62,963 bases of DNA, filler included, from Chiloscyllium plagiosum (GCF_004010195.1; 4 parts of one record of this genome joined end to end with filler, not necessarily neighbours in it), one strand, 5' to 3'; positions 1 to 13,420 are shown, numbered from the whole stretch's first letter. The notes: a model not told the origin generated them from the sequence alone. Program-made: numbers and translations.

Positions 1-883
1 TTCTCATATTCTGTAATTAGAAAGTTATTGGTTGTAATTTTCCCAAACATTCCATCATTGGACGTTGCAGTTAGAGAGAGCAAAGCATTTTATGAGTCAT
101 CTCTGGGCGAGGTATGGGATTGTATTCACAGTGAATCTGGATCTGCACCATGACCAACAAATGAAGCACAAGTTGCAGAGAGGAGACATTCTAGAAACAG
201 ACCAGAGGCGTCTTTTGAGCACAGGCTGGGTTTTGAATTAACATTTTGCAACCCACGCCAAACAGTGTGTGACAATTGTGGGGGACAGAAGGAGATCCTG
301 TATTACTGTGGACCAGGTATTTAGAGCAATTGGCCTCCATCTACTCCTGTGCAGAAGCTGAGCGGCTGAATGGAAGATAGGAACATCGGGCTGAGGAATA
401 GGAGTCGACCTTTAGGCTCTTTGTCTTTGCTCTGCCACGCACGAAGATCGTAGCTGATCTGATTGTCGTCTCAGCAGTACTTCTTCTGTACGTGCACCAT
501 TTTCCTACATTCACTTGATATTTAACAGACACAACTTTGAATAAATGTAAACATCCAGGCACCACAAACCTCTGGGGAAGGAATTCCCACTTGAACAGCC
601 CTTCTAGAATTTGTCATTCGTGCTCCAATGAATGTTGCAGGGTCAGTGTTTCCTTTTGCAGTCACACTGCCCCACTGTTTACAACAAATTTCAAAATTTA
701 GTGATATAGCTAATGATATAAATGTCAGCTTGGCTCATCTTCTAGAAAAATGTGAAACTCGCACACACACATCTTAAGGCAAAACAGAAAAATGAAAGCT
801 TTCCAGAGTTTCGTAATAGTTGAACTTATAACAAGTGGATAGATGACAGACTGTCCCAAATGTTATTCTGTCCTCTGAAGTTA

Positions 884-1200
884 TTAGATTAGATTCCATA
901 CAGTGTGGAAACAGACCCTTCAGCCCAACAAGTCCACACCGACCCTCCGAAGATGAACCCACCCAGTGCCATTGCTCTCTGGCTAATGCACCAAACACTC
1001 TGGGCAATTTAGCATGGCTAATTCAACTGACCTGCACATTTTTGGATCTGTGGGAGGAAACCAGACCACCCGAAGGAAACCCACGCAGACACGGGGAGAA
1101 AATGCAATCTCCACACAGACAGGCGCCCGAGGCTGAAATCAAACCCGAGACCCTAGTGCTGTGAGGCAGCAGTGCTTACCACTGAGCCACCGTGCCGCCC
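884..1200 (-). mobile_element. HE1-type V-SINE (tRNA-derived), full length
   Basis: Minus strand starts GGGCGGCACGGTGGCTCAGTGG (Pol III A box), followed by a B-box-like GGTTTGATTTC, the V-SINE core (TCTCCCCGTGTCTGCGTGGGTTTCC) and an (AATCT)n tail. Several related copies occur in the window. Confidence 0.9.
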
Positions 1201-1925
1201 ATTCTGCTTTGTCAAGTTACTTGTGATGTGATTTCTCCCCAGAATAGTTGGATTTAGCTGAATTCCCTTTGCTTCAGACGGTATAGAGATTCCAATGAAC
1301 CTGTCATCAGGAATACTCCACAACTCATCATGTAGAGGTGAGTCAGGAATTTACTGTTGTCAGTTGGAACAAAAGAAGACAGAGGAATCAATCGGCTGCT
1401 GCTTCTCAGGCAGGGAACATTGTTCTCCCTCTCTGTGTTGAAATATGCAATCATGTCAACTGAACACCAACCTGGACCGTGTGCGCTCGTCTGGAATGGA
1501 TCAGAATGGACGATAGGTAAGTGCATCATTGCTGTTGTTATACACAGTGCCTTTCATTAGCAAACGAGAAAATTCCTGCTTTTTAATTTGATGATATTTT
1601 GGTATGCATATACTTAATTTTTAAAAATCGTTTGATGTCTTCATAGTATCAGTGCTAAAATTAATACATTTTATTCTTAAAATTTATTCCATAGTTTTTG
1701 CCTCCCTGAGAAGAGAAAATGTGCATCTAGCTGATTTTTTTCAAAATCGTGTATGCTTCAAAAAAGATTTCTCATCTAAGTCCAAAACTGATAATGTTTC
1801 AGAACAAAAGGCCTTCATTCCAGGAAAGTGTGAACAAAACACTATTGATAAACTTCAAAAACTTATTTTTAGGTTAAGGGATCAATACTGCACATAATGT
1901 GCCAGATGAGGTATTAACAACGGCC

Positions 1926-2140
1926 TGTCCAGATGTAGACTCGAAAAATGTGATGTTTGAAAACCACAACAGGCCAGGCACACCCAACGAACAGGAGACT
2001 CGATGTTTCGTGCAAATTCCTGATGAAGGACTTATACCCGTGACGCCAAATTCTCCTGCTCCTCGGATGATGCCTGATTGGCTGAGCTTTTCCAGCCTCA
2101 CACTGTTCAACTCTGATCTCCAGCATCGGCACTCCTCACT
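1926..2140. mobile_element. Head-to-head pair of Penelope-like 3' tails (palindromic non-autonomous unit)
   Basis: 2016-2140 matches the PLE tail at 16039-16160 and 32640-32765; 1926-2016 is its reverse complement. Confidence 0.75.
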
Positions 2141-2799
2141 TTTACCAGTACAGATGCAGTAAAACTTTCCTCATTAAACCTCGTACCCTTTGCCAGAAAC
2201 ACAATCATTCCACTTAGCTTTCAAATCACTTACAGCAAGTGCAGACTAACTACATATGATTCGTGTACCAGGATCATGAATACCGTCTGTATCTCAGAGC
2301 TCTGCAATTTCTCTCCACTTAAATTGTTTACCATTGTTTTATCGTTCCATCCAAAATAGACAACTCACATTATGCTATATCTGCTGAAGGTTTGCTCACG
2401 AACCTCCTTTTGCCTATATCACATTGATGACACACGACCTCCATTTGATGACATACTGGACGATCAGCTTGGTGTTTAAGCTAATTGGGCTTTGATATAT
2501 TCAGTCCCTTCCTCCAGATCTTTGATACAGATATTGATCATCCCATAGTGATCTCTGAGGCACTCCACCAGTTACAGCTTTGTAATGTGAAAATAAGCAT
2601 TTATCTCTACTCTCTATTTCCTGTTAGCAACAGCTTCCTGTGTAACAGCTAAGATGTTTACATGGTGTCCTGTGCAGCAAAATGTACTCAATGAGCTGAA
2701 ATGATTCGTTCTATTTTCCTCTGTAACTCGTTAAATAGGCAGAATGGCCTCCTCCAGACTCATGGTAACGATAATGACTGGCTGAATGAGGTGACCCAC

Positions 2800-3175
2800 T
2801 ATCTCTGTCACAGCTTCGAGGGGTGGATGGAGGTCACAATACATGGGGCAGTGGCAGCAGTATATCCCTGTAACAGCATCGAAGGGTGGCTTGAGGGAAC
2901 AACACATTGGGTAGGCCCAGCAGTATATCTCTGTAACCGCATCGAAGGGTGGCTTGAGGGAACGACACATGAGGTAGCGGCAGCAGTATATCTTTGTAAC
3001 AGCCTCGAGGGTTGGATTGAGGGAACAACGCATTGGGTAGGGGCAGCAGTATATCTCTGTAACAGCATCGAGCGTGGATTACGAGAACAACACATTACGT
3101 AAGGACAGCAGCATGTGTCTGTAACAGCCTCGAAGGTGGATTGAGGAACAACACATGGGGTTGGGGCAGCAGTTG
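2800..3175. repeat. 63-bp minisatellite, about 6 copies
   Basis: TATCTCTGTAACAGCATCGAAGGGTGGCTTGAGGGAACAACACATTGGGTAGG-type units start at 2800, 2863, 2926, 2989, 3052 and about 3114. Confidence 0.92.
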
Positions 3176-3759
3176 GCCATTTGGCGCCACCACTCAGAAT
3201 GCTTATGACTGATCCGATTGTGTTCGACCATTGTCTCCTGTCTGTTCCGAATAAATATTGACTCTTCTGTCCAGCAAAGATCAATCGAGCTCAGCCTTGA
3301 AATCTTCAAAAACCGAGTCTGCACGGCTCCCTGAGGCTGAGGACCTGACAGATAGTTCAACATTAAAGTGAAAGTGGCGACCTCATTTCAATGTGGAACC
3401 TGTTATTTTAAACTGGGTTAACCTAACATGAAATCGCCACGTCTGTTGAAACACAAGAACAGAATAATTAGGCATAAACATAAACTATTCAGCCCTCTAA
3501 ACCTGTCCAATAGGACCACTGACTCTTTTCAATTAAATATGTATTAAACTCATTCTCTGCTCCTGTGTCAGGAAGAGAATAACTGATAGCATGACACCAC
3601 AAGAGCATTAAAAACGCAGAATTAGTCCATTCGGCACATCGACTCTGAATGCCATTAAATAGTGGCTTAGAAATTTCTCAACATCATTCTCCTGACAACT
3701 CTCTGTAACTCTTGACATGCTTATTCATCAAAAACCTATCTATCTCTGGTTTATAAGCA

Positions 3760-4030
3760 CTTGTGTCTGTGTCTCTGTGCGTCCGTGTGTACACTTGTGT
3801 GTGTTTGTTCATGTGTCTGTGTGTTTGTGTATTTATGTGCTGACATCGGTTCATCTGTGTATTAGCCTGCGCGTTTTACTTGTGCTTGTGTCTATTTGTC
3901 TGTGACTGTCTATGTCTCCGTATGCCACTACTTGTGTGCGGTTCTATCTCCGTGTATGTACTGTGAGTGTCAGTATATTAGCGTGTTTACATATGTCTCT
4001 GAATATTTTTGTGTCTGTATCTCTCTGCAA
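3760..4030. repeat. Degenerate (TG)/(TGTC)-rich low-complexity tract
   Basis: Visible GTGT/GTCT-rich run. Confidence 0.8.
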
Positions 4031-4149
4031 TGAGATATTTGTTGTTTTGGGAGGGAGGAAATTGTGAGAACAAACAGAATGGTTTAAGTGCGAATTGCCC
4101 TTCACTGAATATTGATTTTTTACTCAGTTGGAGGGGCATGGATGTCACG

Positions 4150-4730
4150 GAATCTCCAGACGACACGTCCCGGTCCACTCCGGCTCATACCAGTGTCCTC
4201 CCAACATGGCTGGGGGGGCGGTGGATGAGGGATCAGATATCGGGTGCTCCACAATCTGGTCTGGCCCTTTCTCTCCTATTACAGTCCGTTTCTCCTGGAA
4301 TGGAGAAAGGGGGGAGGGAGTGATGGTGGGAATGTGTGGCCCTGCTGTTAGTGCTGGTGTAGGTGGAGGGGGAGGGGGAATGGTGAGGTGTCCGGAGGGA
4401 GTCAGTCCACAGTGTTGTATCCATGCAGGGTTATTAGTGTTGGGAGTAGAGTGGAGGGAGAGAGAGCGCGCGGGGTGGGGGTGGGGTGGGGAGGGTGCTG
4501 AATTCAATAGTGAGAGTAGCAGTGCGTGATCCTTATTTGGAGATGGAGTGTGAGCCTTGTTAGGGGTTAGGTGCTATAACAGGTAGTGAGTGTGAGGGAA
4601 CAGAGAGAGTACGGTGACAATTAATCTGACAGAGTGGGGAGGATATTGATACTTGTCCTGTGATGCTGGTCATTTCTTCAGATCATGTCAGCGTCGAGAT
4701 GACCCTGCCCGAATGTCTTGTCCAAGTCTA
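4150..4730 (-). pseudogene. Decayed two-exon Myb/SANT-like gene (Harbinger-associated type), copy 1
   Basis: Exon 1 ends at 4625 and reads RNDQHHRTSIN..PHSVR with a frameshift. The intron spans 4624-4295 with a pyrimidine tract and CAG acceptor. Exon 2 reads EKR../CNRRERARPDCGAPDI. It aligns with the copy at 52582-53260. Confidence 0.65.
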
Positions 4731-5134
4731 TCACTAATAACGCCACAGACCCTGTCCCTCAGATTCCACAGAATCAGTTTTGGTGGATCTTACAAATAGG
4801 AAAGAGAACCAAGCATTGGTGTATTATGTATCTAAACCACTGCTCTCGTGCAAATTCTGTGCAATGTATACTCTGGAAATTAGAGATACAAATATTGTGG
4901 GTGCTGCAGTATTATTGCATGATCTCAAATTTCACCCTAAACTGCGTTAACTAAGTGACTGCTAATGTTATGAAAAATGAATTCCATAAGCGTATGACAG
5001 GTTGGTTGAAGAGTACGTTGTGACTCATTAGTAACCTTGATCTGAGGGCGAGAGACGTTAATATGTTGTATTTTACGCGGCGCCTGCATACAATATAGAA
5101 CCATTGAGCATGAAGTGGTAGACACGCCATGGTT

Positions 5135-6680
5135 GTTAGAGTCATAGAATCATGGAGCCCTGCAGCATGAATACAGGCCCTTTGGACCAAAGTGGTCCGT
5201 GCCGACCAAAATGTCCATCCTGCTAATTCCATTTCCCTGCCCTTGCCCTTATTCTTCTAAATCTTTCCTATCCGCGTATTTGTCTAAAAGCATTTGGAAC
5301 ATTTTGAACCGCTGTCTGCTAATTCCATATGTGTACCATTCTCTGCATAAAAACGTTGGTGCTCAGGATACTTTTTATTCTTTCACCTCTAACCTGATGT
5401 CTTCTAGACCTGGATTCCCAAAACTGGCAGAAAGAATGAGTGCATTCACCTTATCCATGCATCTCATGATTTTATACTTTTCTATACGATTTCCCCTCAG
5501 TTTTTTACACACAAAGGAAAATGTTCTGGCCGGTCCAAACTCTCGCTACAACTCAGACCGTCGAGTACTGGCAACATCCTTGTAAAGTTCTTCTGTCCTC
5601 TTTCCAGTTGAGTCACATCCTTCCTATGGCAAAGTGAACAAAACCGAACACAATACTCCAAGTGCATGTTTCACCAGCGTCCTGTCCAACTGCAATATAA
5701 CTTGCCAACTTCTATACTCAATGCCCGGACTGATGGAGGCCAGTGTGCCAAAAGCCTTTTTCACTGCCCTGTCTACATGCAACTACTCTCAGAGAACCAC
5801 GGACCTCAGCTCCAAGGTCCCTCTGTTCCTCTTCACTCCTTCAGGGTCTAACATTCACTATTAAACTCCAACCTGGATTTGACTTTCCAAAATGCAACAC
5901 CCCACATATATCGATATTAATCTCCATTTGCCATTTCTTGGCCCACTTCCCCAGCTGTTAAAGGTCCTGCTCCAATTTCCGATAACCTTTCTCAATGTTC
6001 ACAGTATTGCCTATTTTATTGTCATCATCCTAATTACTAATCATGCCTTGTGCATTCTCATCCAAATCATTGATATAGATAACAAACAGTAATAGGCCCA
6101 GTACCGACCCCTGAGACACTCCACGAGTCACAGGCCTCAAGTACAACAAGCATCCTTCCAGTATTAACCTCTGCTTTCTACCATCAAGCCAATTGAGTAT
6201 CTAATTTGCTAGATCCCCCTGGATTCCATGCCATCGAACCTTTCAGAGCAGTCTATCACGTGGAACATTATCAAAGGTCTTTCTGAAATCTAGATAGACT
6301 ACGTCTACCACCCTACCCTCATCAACATTCCAGGTCCCTTCCTCAAAAGAACGCTAAAGAATTGTGAGCCATGATATCCTGTGCACAAGGCAGTGCTGAC
6401 TGCTCCTTCTGAAACAGTGTCTTTTCAAATGCATGTATATGTTATCTCTCAGGACCTTCTCAAGGAAATTGCACGTCACAGTTGTTAAGCTAACTGGTCT
6501 ATAGTTCACAGGTTCTTCTTCGCAGCCTTCCTTGAGCAAGGGCACAACGTTCACGACCCTTTAGTCTTCCAGGACCTTCCCCGTGGCCAGCGATGATGCA
6601 AAAACGATCAGCCAGGATCCCTGCAATATCTTCTCTCGCTTCTTGCTGTGTTCTTGGATACACCTGGTCAGGATTATGAG
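5135..6680 (-). mobile_element. CR1/HER1-type LINE, 5'-truncated, decayed RT
   Basis: RT motif NVVPLLKEG..PVNYRPVSLT (6354-6554), CR1-like 3' UTR and tail near 5135. Confidence 0.88.
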
Positions 6681-6860
6681 ATCTCCAGAAATACTGAAAT
6701 GACTGACAAATATGTCTATTTCTTTAAGGTAGAATCACCAAAGAAAGGGCAAGTGACTTAATGAAGGTTAACCTAATAAATTAAAGATTATATTAATCAT
6801 AGGTAGTGAGTTCAGAAGAATTTTAGACATTGTGGAAACCGGAGAATTCTCAGAAATTTG

Positions 6861-7119
6861 TTTGTGTGGATTTTGCATATTCTCCCCGTGTCTGCGTGGG
6901 TTTCCTCCGAGTGCTCTGGTTTCCTCCCACAGTCCAAAGATTTACAGGTTAGGTGAAATTGACATGCTTATTTGCCCAAAGTGTTCAGGGATGTGCAGAT
7001 TAGGAGCATCAGTCGCAAAATGTAGAATTGGATGGGAATGGGTCTGGGCGGTTACTCTTCGGAGAGGCAGGGTGGACTTGTTGGGCCCAAGGACCTTTTC
7101 CACACTGTGGGCTTTTAAT
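6861..7119 (+). mobile_element. HE1-type V-SINE, 5'-truncated
   Basis: V core TTCTCCCCGTGTCTGCGTGGGTTTCCTCCG and 3' end GGACTTGTTGGGCC...TTTCCACACTGT. Confidence 0.85.
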
Positions 7120-7290
7120 GATTCTGTGAAAGAAGAACACGAAGACTGCATAAATCTACAATCTGTATTGCAAAGAAAGCAAAATAAAAGCAAGGTCAAA
7201 TGTGGAATTTTGTAATCGGGAGAGGAGAGGTTATTGTGGAGAACAGGGAAATTGCCAAGAAAGTAACCAGTTACTTTGCATCTGTCATCT

Positions 7291-7594
7291 GTGGCACAGT
7301 GGTTAGCACTATTGCCTCACAGCGCCAGAGACCGGGGTTCAATTCCCGCCTCATGCGACTGACTGTGTGGAGTTTGCACCTTCTCCCCGTGTCTGCGTTG
7401 GTTTCCTCCGGGTGCTCCGGTTTCCTCACACAGTCCAAAGATGTGCAGGTTAGGTGAATTGGCCATGCTAAATTGCCCGTAGTGTTAGGTAAGGGGTAAT
7501 TTATGGGTAGGGGTGGGTTGCGCGTCGGCGGGTCGGTGTGGACTTGTTGGGCCGAAGGGGCTGTTTCCACACTGTAAGTCATCATCATCTAATC
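7291..7594 (+). mobile_element. HE1-type V-SINE inserted in a CR1 ORF2 fragment
   Basis: A box GTGGCACAGTGG, B box GGTTCAATTCC, V core and tail. The left flank reads ENREIAKKVTSYFASV, a CR1 ORF2 motif. Confidence 0.9.
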
Positions 7595-8129
7595 ACGGAG
7601 GATGATCCATAAAATCGCTGAGAAATACCAAATGATCACATGGAACTTGTGGAACTAAAGACATAAAGTCAATTCATATCAGTAACAAGGTAGAAGTTGA
7701 AGTCTAGCATACTAGTAGTGTAGCTGGTTTTAGCATTGCTAAGTCTGGTGAGCCAATTGTACTTCGTATCAAAATATTAGAAATAAGTCAGCAATAAACG
7801 CATTAATTGTGCTGTCGATGACTGTTTTATTTTCCTGTATATTCTGCAGAGGCTCGAAGTTAGTAAATGTGTTCCAAGCATTGTAGATGAATGGAAGGAA
7901 TTCAAGCATCTGCTCAGATGGCGAGATTGCCTGTGTTCTTTAGAGTTTCAAAGAATGAGAGGTGATCATAGTGAAATTTAGAAAATGTCACTAAACATAT
8001 GACAAGGTGGAAATAAACAGGATTTTTCTCTGGCTGTCTACTTTACGTTTAAGGCAAATAATGGCAGGTAAAGGATGGACCATTTCAGACTGCAATAAGA
8101 AGGCAATTCTTCATTTGAAGTGGACTAAC

Positions 8130-9510
8130 GAACACAGAGACATGGAAACCTGCTGGCAGGAAAAGATTAGGGAGAATCCCCAGATATTCTACTAGTACGT
8201 CAAGTGGAACAGAATAACCAGGGAACAGGTAGGAATCATTAGTGACTTGCCAAATTGCATCCAAATCAACTTAGTAGTAGGAGACAGAAGGTCTGCTGGT
8301 AGAAGTCTGTTTGTTTGACTGGAGACCAGTATCCAATCGTGTACTACAGGGATCAGTGCTGTGTCCCATATTATTTGTGGTTCGGAGATGCCAGTGCTGG
8401 ACTGGCTTGCACAATGTTTAAAAATTACAGAACACTAGATGATAGTCCAACAGTTTATTTGGAGGCACGACCTTTCGAACAGCATAATCACGTGATAAAG
8501 AAGCAGCGCTGCGAAAGCTAGTGGGTCCAAATAAAATTGTTGGATTATAGCTTGGTGTTGTGTGATTTTTAACGTTATTTTTTGTAGTATTCATAAATGA
8601 TGCAGCTGTGAATATGGCGGGGGTTGGGGTGAGTGTGATAAATCAATTTGCGTTTGACACAAAGTTAGGCTGGTTGGTTGGCAGTGAGAAGGAAGGCCTT
8701 ATATTACAGGAAGATACTGATGGAATGATCAGATGGATGGATCAATGGCCAGTGGAATGTAATCCTGATAAATATGTGGTGATGTACTTTGGAAGAGGAA
8801 CCAGACGGCGGGGGGATGGGGGGGGGGGGGGGGGAGGACTCAATGAATAGCAGCACACTAGGAAGCTCAGAGGGTGCTTCTCCACATATCCCTGAATGTG
8901 ATTAAACAGGTTAATGCACAAGTTGACAAAGCATAGTGACCATAAACATAGCCTTTATTCATGGAGGCACAAATTATAAGAGCTATGTGGAACGTTGGTT
9001 AGGCCAAATGGAATACTATGTACAGTTCTGGGAGTCACATTACAGGAAGTATGTGATTGCACTGGAAAGGGTGCAGTAGAGATTCACCAGGATGTTCCCT
9101 TGGATGGAGTAGATCAGCTCGGGTTGTTTACTTTGAAGCAGAGAAGGCTGAGAGGGACGTGCTTCAGAAGGATAAGATTACCAGGGGCATGGACAGGATG
9201 GACAGATAGCAGCTGTTCTTTCAGTCAAAGGGCGAAGAACAAGGGGGTATCACTTTAAAGTGAAGGGTTTGATGTTTAGTGAGGATTTGAGGATTGGTTT
9301 TCATTCAGAGGCTGTTGGGGTCAGGAATGCACTTCCTGAGAGGGCTGACGGCACAGGTAACCTCACAACCGTTAATAAATACATGGTCGTGCTTTTGAAG
9401 TGCCATAACATACATGGTTATGGGCCATGTATCGGAAAGTGGGACGAATGTAGATCGTACTGTATTTATGACAGTACAGAGCCAGTGCTTCTGTGATTGT
9501 ATGGGTTGAA
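8130..9510 (+). mobile_element. CR1-clade LINE fragments (RT and 3' end)
   Basis: FAFDTKLG, WMDQWPVECNPDK and LGLFTLKQRRLRG motifs; internally deleted. Confidence 0.8.
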
Positions 9511-11009
9511 CGGTCAATCATTGAGTGGCATAAGACAGGAATTGATGAGTTTCTGAAGAATGCATTATCTAGGGTTATAAAAGTGAACTTGTCTTCATGA
9601 GCTAGAACAGGGAAAACTAAAAGTATCTAATGCCCTGCTCCCTTCCTGATGTTTCTTTGCAGTGTGCGGGAAAGCTCTGTCATTGTTGTCACAAGCTCAT
9701 AAACATTAGGAAGGCAGCATCTGTCTGGTTGAAAGGACTGTGTTTCCCGTTCCCTTTTCCAAAGCTCGTTGCCGGTGTTCTGTCTGGGTTTATCCTTTAA
9801 GAACTCAGAGCAAGTTGATACAATTGAGTGTCTTGCTTGGCCGTTCCAGAGACCATTGCAGAGTTTATCACATGCCTGTTTGTCAGGAGACACTTGGAGG
9901 CCAGACCAGGAAGCACGGGAGATTTACTTCCTGAAATTACATTGGGGAACTGAGGATGGTGCAGATACTACATCCTTGTCTTTTACACTGATGTACAGAG
10001 CTGGGGATATTTGTGGAGCCCTCTCCTCCTGTAAGTTGTTTATTAATCCAACGACATTGATGACTGGATGTGGCTTGACTGCAGAGTTTCGATCTTATCT
10101 GTTTGTCTTGGGATCATTTCCCGCTCTCCACCAGATGGTAGTTCTGCTGTTTGTAATGTAACCAGTCAATTACAGTAGCTTTAATGGGTTGTCATCAGGT
10201 TTAGATGCACACGGTTCTGACTCTGGCATGTTCACTCAAACTCGGCACTGAACCATCACTCGGCTTGATGATAATGGTAGAGTGATGGATTATCCTGGGG
10301 TAAATGTTATGGATTGTGATTGAATGCAATTCTGCTGCGGCTGCGGCTGTGATCGACAGCATCATAAGATAACCCAATGTGAGCTGCAATATCTGCAAAT
10401 CAATTCTACTGACTTTCCCCCGTTCACACCGAGACCCGTTCACCTATCAGCCCTGTACTCAGTGACGTAACCTGGTTCCTGATGAGCGAACACATCCAGT
10501 TTCCTAATCTCATTCTGATGAGGGTCTCACCCTGACGTCACGCCTCCAATTTGTTACATTACTCAGATACTTTAAAATATTACTCTGAATCGTTTCCTTT
10601 TCCATAGTACCGTCTGCTGTGCTGAAGTGAATGTTTGTTTTTCCTCTGTCTTTCTCCCTGACCATGATTAACACCTCAGTCGTGTCAGCGATGCCAGCCT
10701 TATGTCGTTTCAGAGCCAACGAACTTGTGCGCTTTGCGTTTTTGTTCAATTCCCAATGTACAGCGCTCTGTGCTAGACAGGGCATTTGAAAAGATTCGAC
10801 ACACGTCTTTGGAAAATGTTCAAAAACAGAAATTACTGAAGAAATTAAACAGGTCTGGCTGCATCTTGTGAAAGGAAAGCTGAGTTCATCTTTCGGCTCC
10901 AGTAACCCTACGACAAAGCTCCCACTTTCCACAGCAATTTGTGCATTGTTTTTCCAGTATCCACAGTTATTTGTTTAATTGAAAATTTGTGCTGTGCTAT
11001 TCATTTCTG

Positions 11010-11096
11010 GAGAAACTCAACAGGTCTGGCAGCATCTACAGAGACAGAGAAACAGAGTTAGCGTTTCAAGTCCAGTCTGACACTTCCTCAGAACTG
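11010..11096 (-). mobile_element. Penelope-type tail (third variant) with a degenerate hammerhead motif
   Basis: Minus strand AGTT-CTGAGGA-AGTGTCAGACTGGACTT-GAAAC-GCT-AACT followed by GATGCTGCCAGACCTG. Confidence 0.6.
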
Positions 11097-13420
11097 AAAA
11101 TGATTGGAAACTGGGCATTTTAGTCCCTTGCCAGAGGTGGGGGGTAGGTGACAGCGAAAAGAGGGTGTAACAACAGATAAACAGGCTTTTAGCAGTGGTG
11201 AACGAGGAGATGATATAAAATGAGTTTAAATTAAGATGTGAATGGGGGAAAGGGGTACTCTCTGTTGAATGCAAGATAAAGAAGACACAACCACAGAAGG
11301 TCATAGGGAGGCCAGGAGGGAAAATGTTAAACATGTGGTATTATGTAGATCTGGCCAGAGATACATTTTCATTGTAGAGATCATCACCGCCGTCAGAAAA
11401 AGGTATTCATGTGCTTGATGGTTTATTGGCGCTAGTAAGATTTTCATGCTGCCTTAGCATTGAAAGAAAGAAGAAAACAAATAACAGTATGAAGTTTGGG
11501 CTGAGTGTTGTTTACCTGACACTTTTAACATTGATTCAAATTTTCAGTGCTGATCTTTAAATGTTTGTTTTAGAAGTTATTATCAAATGGAGTGTAGGAG
11601 GTTGAGGGGTGACATTATAGAAATTTACAAAATCAGGGGAGGCATGGATAGGGTGAAAATCCAAGGTCCTTTCCACAGGATAGGAAAATTAAATCATTGA
11701 GCCATAGGTTTATGGTGGAATAGGGAAGATTAAAAGGGAGGAAGAGGGAATTTATTTTACACAGAGGGTGATGTGTTTATGGAATGCGCTGCCAGAGGAA
11801 GACTGGCAGATGCAAGGGAGCAAACAGGTAATTTACACCAGCATTTAACATCGTTCCTCACAGGTGAAGTTGCTGTAAATATTTCAATGGTATAAACAAA
11901 ATTATCATAGGAGGGATGATCCAGAACTCTCTCACAAAAGGAACAAAACATTTCTCAAACAGATAAGACCAAGGGTAAACAGGTCATCAGCAATTCATAG
12001 CTGGTTTTTAGAGAAGTGGTCACAGAGTGGCTGGTGGCCCTGTGTGAAATATTCCATAACTCTCTGGATTAAAGGAGTGTTCCAGTGAAACTGGAGACCC
12101 TCCAATGAGGTGCCTGTCTTCAAGAAACGAGCGAGACTGAAAGCAGGAACCACTTAGCCTAACCATTATTGCTGGGAATCAGTGAGAGCCTGTTATTATG
12201 GAAGGGACGGCAGGGCAGAAAGAAAAGATTCACAAAGGCGAACCATATTTTGTCTGTAAAATAATGCAAAGGTTTTCTGGAGATCCATTAGAATGCAACA
12301 AGCGGCCTTGAAAAATGGGGATTGGTAGACATAGAGTCATCGAGATGTACAGCATGGAAACAGACCCTTCAGTCCAACTTGTCCATGCTGACCAGATATC
12401 CAATCTAGTCACACTTGCCAGCACCTGGCCCATATTCCTCCAAACTCTTCCTATTCATATATCCATCCAAATGCCTCTTAAATGTTGCAATTGCACCAGC
12501 CTCCACCACAGCCTCTGGCAACTCACTCCAAACATGTACCACCGTCTGCATGAAAAAGTTGCCCCTTAGGGCTCTTTTATATCTTCCCCCCTCACCCTAA
12601 ACCTATGGCCTCTAGTTCTAGACTCCACGCCCCCAGGGAAAAGAGTTTGTCTATTTATCCTATCCATGCCCCTCATAATGTTGTAACCCCCTATAAGGTC
12701 ACCCCTCAGCTTCCGACGCTCCAGGGAAAACAGCCCCAGCCTTTTCAGCCTCTCCCTATAGTTCAAATTCTCCAACCCTGGCAAATCCTTGCAAATCTTT
12801 TCTGAACCATTTCAAATCTCACAACATCTTTCCAAAAGGAAGGAGACCAGAATTGGACGCAATATTCCAAGAGTGGCCTAACCAATTTCCTTTACAGCCG
12901 CAACATGACCTCCCAACCTCTGTACTCAATACTTTGACAAATAAAGGAAAGCATATCAAACGCCTTCTTCACTATCCTATCTACCTGCGACTCCACTTTC
13001 AAGGAGCTATGAACCTACACTCCAAGGTCTCTTTGTTCAGCAACGCACCCTGGGACCTTACCATTAAATGTAGAAGTCCTGCTCAGATTTGCATTCCCAA
13101 ACTGCAGCACCTCGCATTTATCTGAATTAAACTCCATCTGCCACTTCTCAGTCCATTGGCCCATCTGTTCCAGATCCTGTTGTAATCTGATGTACCTCTT
13201 ATGCTCACATCCAAATCATTTATGTAAATGACGAAAAGTAAAGGACCCAACACCGATCCTTGTGGCACTACACTGGTCACAGGTCTCAAATCTGAAAAAC
13301 GACCTCCACCACCACCATCTGTCTTCTTCCTTTGAACCAGTTCTGTATCCAAATGGCTAATTCTCCCTGTATTCCATCAGATCTAACCTTGATAATCAGT
13401 CTCCCATGGGGAACCTTGTC

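Noticed and set aside
2701..3284. Overlapping ORFs with 21-aa repeats as a real protein
   Set aside because: The open frames follow from the 63-bp period; later units frameshift and no domain is recognisable.
7291..7350. tRNA genes at A/B-box sequences
   Set aside because: Each is the head of a V-SINE, followed by the core and a LINE-like tail.
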